A stretch of DNA of 64,000 bases, from NCBI GenBank assembly GCA_017654855.1, contig CM030338.1:62001-126000 (forward strand), written 5' to 3'. Made by a program: the position numbers and the translations under genes. This DNA comes from Podospora anserina (Eukaryota). The notes under the pieces were generated by a model. It ran no database searches, was not told where the DNA came from, and saw only the letters and a list, made by a program, of their open reading frames with translations. Shown here piece by piece: positions 1 through 11,500 of the stretch (its first letter is position 1; each line of letters begins with the position of its first letter).

Positions 1-670
1 AGCAATGAAGAAAGCTAGTGGGGGTCAGATTGATGTCTGGTGTCAACACAAATAGATCATCCAGCAGTCAAGTATGACAGTAGTTTTGCTGATAGGTCGA
101 ATAGGTGGTAGGAAATGAGTGACCCCAAGGAGTCACCCCTGCCTACGATTGGGAGGGAAAGCAACCAGAAAAGAGTATTGCCGATCGGATGTACCTTATG
201 GAAAGCTCCTAACGAATATAATTTATCATGTATGGAAGAACCTATGTTGTTCTTGTGCAGTTAAACCTTGCAGGTATAACAGTGCACAATCAGACAGAAG
301 AAACTCAGTGAAGAGGCCTTGCCATTTGCAAGATTGTAGCGCTTTCCCCTTTCAGATATAATTCGTTTTATAGAGAACTTGAGGCTAGATCCCTCGGTCT
401 CAGCTTACACCCAAGATAACGGCCCGCTTTGTTCTAACCGGGGTCATTATATAAAGGCTGAACTTACGTTTTCGTCTTAGTCAAGGTATATGCTTTGTAC
501 AGAGAGGCTGGTTTACGGCAATACTCACAGACGATTCAGCTGCAGTGGTTTGTTTTCTAGTGCTCTAGGTTCTCGTAGATAATTCTTTGTCTTTCAGGAC
601 TCTATCACTTAAACTTTCAAATCTAATATCGGTTCCATCTATGCTCCTAGACATGTGCTAAGTACCTCTA

Positions 671-712
671 ACGTATATTATAAGCGAGCGACCAATATAA
701 ACGAGCGACCAC
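671..712 (+). repeat. F1 left terminal inverted repeat (TIR, ~42 bp, two internal AAGCGAGCGACC-like units)
   Basis: Reverse complement of 60597-60638 with 2 transition mismatches. Confidence 0.95.
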
Positions 713-759
713 TTTTTCACAACCTTTATATTATTATCTTTAATTACTATACAACCATA

Positions 760-1431
760 CTAAGAAGCAACCATAATTATATCCGAAATAGCTGAATCAG
801 ACAATTCTATAGCCTCCTGGTAAGTGCGCGCATTATGGCCAAGCTTGCCGCACACACCACAGCACTGAACCTTCGTACGAGCCCCCCCTGCACCACCGCC
901 ATCCGGCTATATTTCTTCCACTGCCTCCCCACCCACGGCCTTCTGGTCCAGTAGATCCTATACATCTTGCACAGTAAGTGATCCTCCGAGCCGTACACGT
1001 GTTTTTTTAGCTCTCCGGCGCTTACTTAGTGCCTCATTGGCCTTACGGAGCGAAGAGACCTCTGCCTGTAAGAGGGCCACTTAATATATTACAGCTATCG
1101 TACCCTTAGTAAATTAATTTATAGCACCTAATATTAAAGTCGGGGAACTATTTTAATGGTTAGTAATACGAGTTTTAATAAGCGTAAAGTGTAAGTTAGT
1201 TTTTCGGGGATTTTATAGTATTTAGAATACCTAAGGGAGTGCCGTGCCTGGCCTTAAGGATAGGGGTATTAGCGTATAAAGCTTTATATCTAGCTTAGAA
1301 AATACCCTCTCTAAATCGTATAGTATAAGGCTAGCACCTATAAAGCTACCCTATATATTTTTCTCCGTTATAAAGATAAATAAGGCCTCGCGGAAGGTAT
1401 AAAGAAACTCGAGCTTATTTATATAGTTAAT
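760..1431 (-). pseudogene. F1 transposase, C-terminal part with CCHC zinc knuckle
   Basis: Minus strand reads GARTKVQCCGVCGKLGHNARTYQEA near 810-885. Stop TAG at 762-760 lies 89 bp from the terminus, as in F2. Confidence 0.9.
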
Positions 1432-1703
1432 TGTTACGCCCTAAGTATAATAACCCCGTAAAGGAACCACTAGGTAGTTCCCGAGGTGCTGGGACACCTT
1501 AGCTAATTATTGGGCCAAGGATAGGAAGACCTATAAAGTCCCCATATAACTAATTAGGAGGTGCTTAGTCTAATTAGTAGCTAAGACCATTAAGCACACT
1601 AAATATATTAATTATAAAAAATTACTTAATTTACTTAGCCGCTAAAACCACTGAGTACACTAAGTAAGGTACAAAAATACTTTAGAAATATATATAGATA
1701 GCT

Positions 1704-2126
1704 TGTAACGAACCTCTATCTAAAACTTCTGAAAGGGATACTAATTAAAGGTAACTTCTAAATAATCCTAATTTAGTGCAGCTAAATAGTGTATAATAAG
1801 ATATCTTAATATAAATACAAAATGCCGTGAATATAAACTTAAATTGTATATTACGGAACTATTTATTTACACTAACTAATTCCTCCGTATATATAGACCT
1901 CGTATTAAGCCCTAATTATAGTGATTATTCCGCTCGTTCCTAATAATTATAATAATCGCTATAATCCTCCGTAGCTCCCTATTAATTATATTACTGCGAT
2001 TACTATATCTTACTAATTTACTATTTATAATCGTATATCTTTATCCTAATTAATCCTACTAGCGATTAACTATACGTTTTATACCCCGCATACGGTCCGT
2101 CCTACCTATTTAGCTTAATTATAATA
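1704..2126 (-). repeat. 3' LTR of B
   Basis: Direct repeat of 58868-59290 with TG...CA-type ends (partly RIPed). Confidence 0.95.
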
Positions 2127-2131
2127 TAATA

Positions 2132-2142
2132 CCCCTCCTTCT
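2132..2142 (-). other. Polypurine tract of B
   Basis: CCCCTCCTTCT on plus is AGAAGGAGGGG on minus, 5 nt from the LTR. Confidence 0.8.
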
Positions 2143-2234
2143 AGGTCGAAGTCCCGTCGACTTAAAGCCTAAAATAACCGCCTATCGCTTACTTTTCTTT
2201 ACTTATAAGTCTTTCTCTTCTCCTTATTACTATA

Positions 2235-2883
2235 ATATTTAACCCTTATAGAGTTTTTAAATCTTTATAACCCTTTATTCCGAACGTTAGTCCGTAATAC
2301 AGTCGTTATTTAACCTTAATTACCCTTATTTATCTTAAAGGCTTTATTATTATACCCTATTTTTTTATACTACCCGTAATTTAATTTATTACTTTTATAA
2401 ACGTTTTTCCCGTTACGGCAAGTATATATATCGAGGCCGTTTATATAACGCGTCGGGCACTCTTACTATTATAAATCGGTTAGTTTATTCCTTTTTTAAT
2501 ACTCTATTTAACCTTATTTAATCGAGTACTTAATTACCGAATATCGCCGTTTATCTTTAAAGAAATTGGCCGCCGAGAAATAACTTTTAAATATTTATTA
2601 TAAAGCCGAAAAGGCTACGCGTAAAGTGTAGGAAACCGTTATATATTTATCCCGCCTTTATTAATAGAAACGATATTTATTAAAGCGGGGTACCGCTATT
2701 ATTAGCGAGGTGGTACCTACGCTCGACCTTCCTATTACTACTACTTTTAATACTAATTTCTTTTTCTTAGATCCTTCCTTAGGCTTCGACTAGCCGCCTA
2801 ACCTTTCCCTAGACCCGGGCGTAGCCGGTCCTTCCTTCCTAACCCCGCAAGGTACCGCCGAGGGCGCACATTCCACTTCCTAA
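2235..2883 (+). pseudogene. Antisense accessory ORF of B: Zn(II)2Cys6-like cluster, coiled coil and low-complexity tail (RIPed; boundaries approximate)
   Basis: Six TAT/TAC codons (RIP of TGT/TGC) at 2358-2446 are spaced x2-x6-x8-x2-x6, needing +1 nt in the T run at ~2361. A downstream frame reads ...LSRL(H)QQKR(H)LLKRG...DPSLGFD(W)PPNL. Confidence 0.65.
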
Positions 2884-2959
2884 AGTAATTAAAACGTATA
2901 ATATTATTTATATTTAGGTCCTTTCACTCTTTCTAACCTCGTAATATAATATATAATAT

Positions 2960-4046
2960 ATTAATTATTACGTTAAAAGCGTAGGTTCGATTCTTATTAA
3001 GGTTTTCGAGTTTTTATATTATCGCTATTTAGCGGTAATTTAAAGACCTATTTTTTTTATTTAGGTTTTAGTCGGTTTAAATATCGTTAGTAGAATTCTT
3101 TTTATTTATTTAAGTAATTAAAATTTATTTTTAATTCCTATAAATTATTTATAATTAAATATTTTAATTAATTAATTAAATACTTTAATTAAACTTTATT
3201 AAACCATAAATTTAATATTTTCTTTATATTATATTTTTATTTTTTATTTTTTATTATAACCTATATATTAATTTTATTTATATATAGTACGGGTTCTAAA
3301 AGTAAGATATAAAAGGTATATAATTATAAACGTATTATATTAAGTAACTCTAATTCGAATATTATCTTTAAGATCTTCTTTTTAACTTTAAATAAGCTTA
3401 CTCTCCTATAGTCTAGCTTTTTATTAGGTTTTTTAATACGTAAATTACGTATAAAAAGAAATATTATATCCTTCCCTTTAAAATAAAGTCTTTCGAGCTT
3501 TTTAATATTATAGTATTTCCGTATCCTTTCCTTTATAAATTTTAATGTTTATTTAAGTTTATTGTAAAGTATATATAATTTATTTACTTTAACCTTAAGC
3601 TTAAATACCTCTATATTTAGTTTCTACTATAACTTTATTTTATATTTAAAATTTATAAAAAACGGTATAGCTTTAATTATTTTAATTAATAATATATTAT
3701 ATATTAATTATATTATAAATAATAATTTAATTTAATCGTTTTATTCGAAATTAATATAATTCCGTAAATATTATTTTATGTTTTAATTAAACCGTTCCGT
3801 TTAACCGTTTATTTAAGGGTAATAGGCCGATAATACTTTATTTATTACCCTTAACTTCGTTATTAATATTTTTTAAAATTTCGATATAAATTTAATATTA
3901 CGGTCCGTAATAAATTTTTTTAATTATATATATATTAATATAATATACTGTAGTACTATATCCGTTAATTATTTTATCGATTAGAATTTTTTATAAAGTA
4001 AAAAGTATATTTATTTAATAAATTTATCGATTACCGTTAATATATT
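2960..4046 (-). pseudogene. B pol, C-terminal integrase and chromodomain (boundaries approximate)
   Basis: De-RIPed minus strand gives a chromodomain-like KYLI.W......NLWE...NL at ~3110-3190 and an integrase YHP(Q).(D)G(Q)TER motif at ~3790-3830. Confidence 0.7.
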
Positions 4047-4680
4047 TATTAATATGTGGGTACTACTAAGTGCCTTACTTACTGCCCTACAGATTAATAT
4101 TATAGTGGGCAGTACTGCTATAAGCAGTAATGGAACTTCCCGGCTTGGATCCCTTTAGAATATTCTTTATAAGGGACCCTTGAAGGCTTATAGGGCTACT
4201 GTAGCCTAAGGCTTAGTTAATAGATACTAGAACCTTCTAAAGTGGCTATAGGCTTACGTAGTAAGTTGCTACAATAATGTAATTTACAGGGCACCTTTGC
4301 TACTGAAGGTTCTATAGATTTCCATAAGTCTATACTAAACCCACCTAAGCCTACTAAATACCTAAAGTGGTATAGGGGCTTCCAGGGCCTACAGGACCTA
4401 TAGTAAGCCTACGAAGGCCTATATATAAACCTCTTCTCTCTCCTGTAAAATAGTTCTTTTCTTTCTTTCCTTAAGGGCAAAAGCTTAAGGCTAAAGCCAA
4501 AGGCCAAAGCTAAGGGTAATAAAGGCAATTCTTATTCTTTATACCTCACTGTATTATAGTGCTTTACCTTCCTTCGGCACTGCCGTCGTATCCTCCCGCT
4601 TCCGCTTACGCACTGCTGTATTTTATAGCAACCCTATATAGGTTCTATATTATAGGCCTATCAGGGCTTACTAGCTAACA
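4047..4680 (+). repeat. 5' LTR of copia C
   Basis: Direct repeat of 51873-52506 and inverted repeat of 54475-55106. Confidence 0.95.
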
Positions 4681-4692
4681 GGTTATGAGCCC
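4681..4692 (+). other. Primer-binding site of copia C
   Basis: GGTTATGAGCCC abutting the LTR's terminal CA, the typical fungal copia PBS motif. Confidence 0.8.
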
Positions 4693-4746
4693 GGGCAACT
4701 ACTTAGCCCGGAATCTAGCCTACTTGTGCGCTTCCAGTCGACGTAC

Positions 4747-4942
4747 TTACAGCACTATACTACAGGCTATACGGCTTCTTACTAAAAAGCCTTTTCCAGT
4801 GGAATTAGCGCTGTACTATAGGCTTTACTACTGCTGTAATTATAACCCTGGCCAATACTTCTAGGCCAATTTACAGCACTATACTACAGGCTGTACAGCT
4901 TCTTACTAAGAAGCTTCTTTAGTGGAATTAGTGCTGTATTAC
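4747..4942 (+). repeat. ~124-bp tandem repeat in the 5' leader of C (continues at 28626-28720)
   Basis: TTACAGCACTATACTA(C/T)AGGCT recurs at 4747, 4871 and ~28688. The second unit is interrupted by D1. Confidence 0.8.
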
Positions 4943-5399
4943 TGAAATGGTGAGAAAACACACAAAACAACCACAACACCACAAATATACCCTCAACAGG
5001 TCTTAGAATGAACATACCTGCGTGACAGTAACTCGCTCGCAGGCCGCACTTCACGTAGGATAAAGAAAAGACACTATAAGCTCGCAGGCTACATAATAAG
5101 CACCGGATTGGCCTAATTAGAGGGCTAGAATTACCTACACGCGTGTAAGGTATAAAATATAAAGAAAAGAATGAAAGTTAATATCCTATCTAAAATAGAA
5201 TGTCCGAAGCAAACCGCTTATATATATAACCCCTAAACCCCTAAGTCCTCTAAGAGCCCCGCTTCTTTACTTATACTTTTAAGCCTATAGCCGTACCCTA
5301 AACTAAATTTCCTTTCGCATTTAATTATTATAAATTAGTAAGTAAATACGTATATAAGAAAAAAATCTTTTATAAATTAAAAAAAAAAATATCGTTTAA

Positions 5400-8300
5400 T
5401 AAAAAAAAAAGAAAATAATATAATTTTATTATTCCTTTATCCATTATTTTTTAATTAAAGAAAAAAACACCTTTACTTTTCGGATTTTAAAATATATTTC
5501 CGTCCCTATCGAATTATTATAATTAGTAACTTAATAACTTCTTTTTTTCGTTTTTAAAGAACTTTAAAAACTTATTTTTATTTTATAAAATTAAATATAT
5601 AATTAGGCGAAAAATATATTATTAATAATTTTAAATAATTATAAGTAAGGGGACGGGTAATTATAGGCTTAAAGAGGAGTAACGAGTTTATTATTATAAA
5701 AGTACGGAATTTAAAAAGGATTATTACCATACTTAATTATTAAAAATTATTTAATATATTACTTAATTTAAACCTTTTATAATTAAAGGGAAGACCTACG
5801 ATATATTTTTTTCCTTTAATAATAATAATTAAAATTAATAAAAAATTAAGGAGGGAAATAAATCGGGGAATTAATAGAGATTTAAAAGGAAATAAAAAGG
5901 TATTTAATAAATTAAATTTTTTTATATTTATTAAGTTTTTTAAGCTTTTCCTCCTTTATTTTTTATTATATACTTTTTAATTAAATTTATAATTTAAAAA
6001 CCTTTTTATATAAATTATTTATAATTTTATTATTTTTTTCCTTATAATATTTATAGTCTTATAATTTTTATAATAACGATCTTTTTTTTAAGTTTTTACT
6101 ACCGTTAAATCTTCTTTTTTACCGTATAAAATATTTTTTTAAAAGTAAGTATAGTAATACTTTAAAAACTAAAAACTATATTTTTATACCCTACTTTATT
6201 TATTATAAACTAACTTCTTTATTTTTATATTAAAGTTATAATAAAAAATGTAATAAATATAAAATATTAAGTAAAAAATAATATTAATTTAATACCTTTT
6301 TTAATTTTTTAATAAATTTATATAAATTAAAATACTAATAATAATATTATAAACACTTATTACTTAATAATTTTCGTTATTAATATAAATAGGGAGGATT
6401 TAATATTATTAATTAAAAATATTATAATTATCGTTAAGTAAAAAAAAATATATTAACGATTTTATTATAATAAAGTTTAAAGGCTTTTTAAAGATCTATA
6501 TATAATGCTCGAGGATTTTTTAAAAAAAATATCGAAAAACGTAAGTAAGGACCGAACTAATAAATTATTATTTAACCTTTAATTAATTTTAAAGGTTATA
6601 TATAATATAAATAAAGGAAATTATATAAATATTATAAATATAAGTCCGATTAGGGGGGGTTATTATTTTTAAATTAAAAAAAAAATATTTAATAATATTA
6701 ATCGAAAATTATTTTACAAAAATAATATTAATTTAATCGGGCCGCTTTTTTATAATATAATTTTTTAGGTTAATAATTAAATTAAAAATAAAATAAATAA
6801 ATTAAAAAGTATTATTACTTTAAGGAAAAAAAATACCGTGCGGGGGACTAAAGCTATAAACCTTATCGATACTTTAAAAACGTATTTTCCGAATAATTTT
6901 TTTAACGAGATTATTAAGAGGGCCGAATTTCTTAATAATAATAAATTTTTCCTATAATATATTATAAATAAATTTTATAAAAAATATTAATAATATTATT
7001 TTATAAAAATTAAAAGGGAATAATATATAGTATAATCTATAATTAAAGGATTATCGAAAGGAAAGTAAAAAAAATTTTTAAAATAAAAAATTAAAGAAAA
7101 AAAAAAATTTTTAATAAATTTTTATTTTTTATTATTTATTTAATTTATAAAGTAAAATTATTAAATAATTATATAAATTATTTAAAGAGGAAAGAATATT
7201 TTAATAAGTTTCTTTCTTATAGAGGTTTATAAAACTAATTATACCGTTCTATTTTTTAATTATAAATACTTATATTAATTTTTTTTATTCCCACTTACTT
7301 TTTATTTTTTTTAATATTTATTAACCGTTTTCTTTTAATAATTTTTTTTTTAAAAAAATTTATTATTTTATCCGATTAAATAATTAATAACCTTATTATT
7401 TAAATATTTATAACCTCTTTTGTTAAAAAACTTTTTAATTAAATCGAGGAAGTTTTTAATTTTATTACGTACGATTAATCCGAGGTCGCTATAAACTTTA
7501 TTTAAAAACCTTTATTTATTACCTTTACTTATTATCCTACCGACTTTACTTATATTTTTAATAATTAAAGTATTATTTATAAAAAATATATTTAAGTTCG
7601 GCGTTTTATTTATATTTATAATTTTATTATATTTAAAAATATTAATATTTATTATAAAATTTTTTTTTTTTATTAAACTACTTTTTAATACTTTAAGATT
7701 TCCTTTTTAAATTTTAAATATATAATTACTTTCCTTTATTTTAAATAATTACTCTTTAATTTAACGAAAAAAAAAATAAAAAAGAATAATAATTATTTTT
7801 TAAGGATATTAGTACGGATAAAACTATTATTAATTATATTTCTAAAGCGTTATTAATCGGTTTTATTAAATAGATTTTTATTAAACGGTTTAATAAATAG
7901 TTTTTCGGGTATTAATTTTTTAAAATCGTTAAACGGGTTTATTATTTTAAAAATTTATTTATTTAAATTATTAAATTATTATAAGTACCGCCTTTCTAAT
8001 TAAATTTAATTTAATATTAATATATTAAATTTAATTATATTAATTTATATAATAAATATAATTAAAGTTATTATTAATCTTTCGTAACGTTCCCCGATAG
8101 GACTAAAACTAAAGTAATATAATTATATTTCAGTTATATAAAAAATAAAGGACTTCGATTAAAAATATAAAAATTATTAATATAAAGGTATTTATTATTT
8201 ATAATTTAATATTAATAAAAATAACTTTTATTTTAAGGATTTTAATAATAATAGGTTATTAAAGTTAAATCGTAATACCGTAAACTTAATTTTTAATAAT

Positions 8301-8500
8301 AAAGAAATTAATTAGGACTAAAAGTAGGAAGAATAGCGGGCTAAATATAAAGAGTTTAAAAAGTAATAAATAAATAAAAAGAAAGAAAAAAAAAAAGAAA
8401 AGAAATAATTTTTTACTTCCTTAAATTAAAGGAAGGGGTATAAAGAAAGGAGTAAATCGGAAAAAAAAATAATAGGAAAAGAAAAAGAAAAAATTAAAAA
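5400..8500 (+). pseudogene. Antisense accessory coding region of D in D1, unknown product (boundaries approximate)
   Basis: A by-eye consensus of four copies gives long frames whose stops are TAA/TAG (RIP of CAA/CAG/TGG), e.g. IDTLKARFP(DD)FF(D)EIIKRAEFL at ~6865-6935. Confidence 0.6.
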
Positions 8501-11500
8501 TTTAATATAATAATTTTTATTTTAATTAATTACTTCCTTTAATATTTTTCTTTCCTTTAAAAATAAATAACTCCTATAATTCTATTCTTATAATATAAAC
8601 TTTAATACCCTTTTAAAAAAAATAATAATTATAATATTTTTATTATTATTTCCCCCTAATTATTTAAAAAGTTCTTTAATCTACCCTTTTTTTAAAACTA
8701 CCTTTATACTTTTACCCTTTTTAAATCTTTTTTATACTTTAATATTTTTCCGTTCTATTTAAATTTTTCCCTTAATTATTATTTTCCTTAATATTTTTTT
8801 TACTATTTTTTTTTCTTTATTTTTATTTTCTACTATATTTATACCTTCCTTTACTTTATTTTTAAATATTTATTTAACTTTCCTTAGTCCTAACTATATA
8901 TCCGTATCCTTTTTATTTATATATACGTTTTCCAACCTAAAAAACTTCTTTACTTTATTTAATATATAAAGAATTTATAATAATATTTTATTTAATATTT
9001 TTAAAAAATAATAAATATTATTTAATTTAATTTTTTTTATTTTAAAAGGGCCGTCCTAATAATACTATAATTTTTTTATTATATTTATATTTAACTTTTT
9101 ATTTATTTTATATATTAATATTAAATTTCTCCTTTTAATTATATTATTTTTAAATTTAATATTATAAATCCCTTTTCTATTTTTTTTTACTATAGCTTTC
9201 TATTTTACTATACTAACCTTCTTAATTACTAAAGTTAAATTTATTTTTTAAGCTTTTAATAGTCTTACCCTTACCTTTATTAAATCTATAGTCGCTCTTT
9301 CCTTTTAATATCTCCCTAATTTATTAAAACTAATTTTTTCCTATTAAATAATTTTTTATAACGGTATATTTTTTTCGATTGATATAATAAAATTAAACCT
9401 ATATATTAAATAGAAAGTACTATACCTATAAATATTTTATATTATAGTCTTATTAATAAATAATATATAAGGGAGTTACTATTTTTATTTTTTCCCCGTC
9501 CTATCTATTATTTTTATTAATATCGATATAATTAAAATATAATTAAATTCCGTTACTCTATTTACTTTTACGTTATAAAATAAAATTATTATCCAAAAAA
9601 CTTTTAATTTTTTTAAAATCTTAATAACTTCTTTCCTAAATTTTAATCCGCCGTTTACTACTACGATTAAAGGGTAACCCTATTTAAAAATAATATTATA
9701 TAGAATAAAGTTTTTAACCCTAAAAACCTTATTTAAATTTTAAACTTTTACTTTTAAATACTTAATTAAGTTATGCTTTATTTTTAGAAAATAAGTTTTT
9801 TCTCCCGAAACTATTAATAAAAATTAAATATTTAAATATTACTTTATAAATAAAATAATTAAAAACTTAATATATAAATATTAATTTTCTTAACGTTTCG
9901 GGCTTTATTATTAATATTATTTATATATTTTAATCTAAACCTCGATATTAATATATATACCTTTTTAATAATAATATTTTATTATTCGGGTATAAATAGT
10001 TTTCCGTCCTTTATAACCTATTTCGTTATAATATATATTAAAGATTTTTTCCTATTTAATTAAAGGGTTAATAATTTTTTTAAGGGGAAAACTTCCTTTA
10101 TTTAATTTAAAAAATAAAATTCTATTTTTAAAAATTATTTTTAAAATATTATTTTTAATAATTTAAACATTAAACTTTATTTTAGCCCTTAGCTCCGTAC
10201 TAGTCGCGAGGAATTCGGCGATAGTATAGGAGTAAAGAAACTATAGTTTATTTAAATAGAGGTTTTACTTAATAATTTCTTTTTTTTTTTTTAATTTTTA
10301 TTTATTTAATATTTATTTTTTAAATATCGTTCTTTTAAATCCTTATATTAATTTTATTATTAATATTTAACTTTAATTTTTTCTCCTTTAAATTAAAGGG
10401 GCTAAATAGTTTTCTCGATAATACGTTTACTATAAGGTTTTTATTTTTAAAAATATAAATAATTATAAAGTCGAAAAGTTTAATTTATTTTAATTATTTT
10501 ATTATTAAAATACTAAAAATATTATTAACCGCCCTTTAAATTTAATAAACTATTATTTAAATATTTATTTCTACCGTAAAATATACTCCGAAAAAATACC
10601 TTTTAAATCTCTTTAAAATATATAATAATCTTTTTAATTCCCTCTTAATAGTATTATACCTTTATTTAACCGGACTTTAAATATTACTTTTAAATTAATA
10701 AAGGTACCGTTTTTTATTAAGTTTTACTTATTTAATTACCGCTCCTTACCCTATTAAATTTATATTAAAAATAATAAAAATTTTATCGAAACGATTATTA
10801 TTAAACGTTAAAGAAATTAAATATAATATTTTTATAATTAAAAAAATAAATTATTTTATCGTACTTTATTAAACTTTTATTTATTCTTATTTTATATCTT
10901 TCTTTATTAAAAAATATAACGGAATTACGATTAAATTAAAGAAAGGTATTTATAGTTAATAGTAACCGGTAATCTTTTAAAAAATATAAATATTTTTAAA
11001 ACTATAGTAAATTCGCTATTCCCTTATTTTTATTATTTTTATTTAATTAAGGAGGCGCCCGTCCGGTATATAAAAATAATTAAAAATAATAATTTCCCAT
11101 TTATATTAAAAGGATTTTAAGGTTATAATTATAGTTCCTATAAATCTATAATTAAATAAAACTATATCGATATTCTTTAAATATTTTAGGACCTACTTTT
11201 TAATTTTTAATTTTTTTTCTTTACTATTATAATCCTACTTTAACCCTTTTACTATAATATCGTTTAAATATAACCGATATACCTATAGGATAAAATTTTA
11301 AAAGACTTTAATTACGATTTTTTAAAATTAAACTATTAAGTTAGTAGCTCTTTAAAGTAAAATATATATCTTAAATAGGCCGATAAATATTACAAAAATA
11401 ATAAAGTTTCGGTTTATTAAAATTAATTTAATTTAATTATATTTAAAAAAAAATTAAGTAAAGAAATAATAAAGTACCTTATAAAATCCTCGCTAAACTC

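Noticed and set aside
119-361. 80-aa ORF in the left flank
   Set aside because: GTG start, no recognisable motif and no splice evidence.
807-998. 63-aa minus-strand ORF
   Set aside because: An alternative reading of the F1 transposase 3' end, not an independent gene.
5136-5146. ACGCGT (MCB-like) palindrome conserved in D LTRs
   Set aside because: CpG-containing words are spared by CpA-directed RIP, so conservation is not evidence of function.
5228-5246. CCCTAAACCCCTAA, resembling telomeric repeats, in D LTRs
   Set aside because: The less-mutated copy at ~45757 reads CCCCTGAACCCCTGAG, so the motif is a RIP product.
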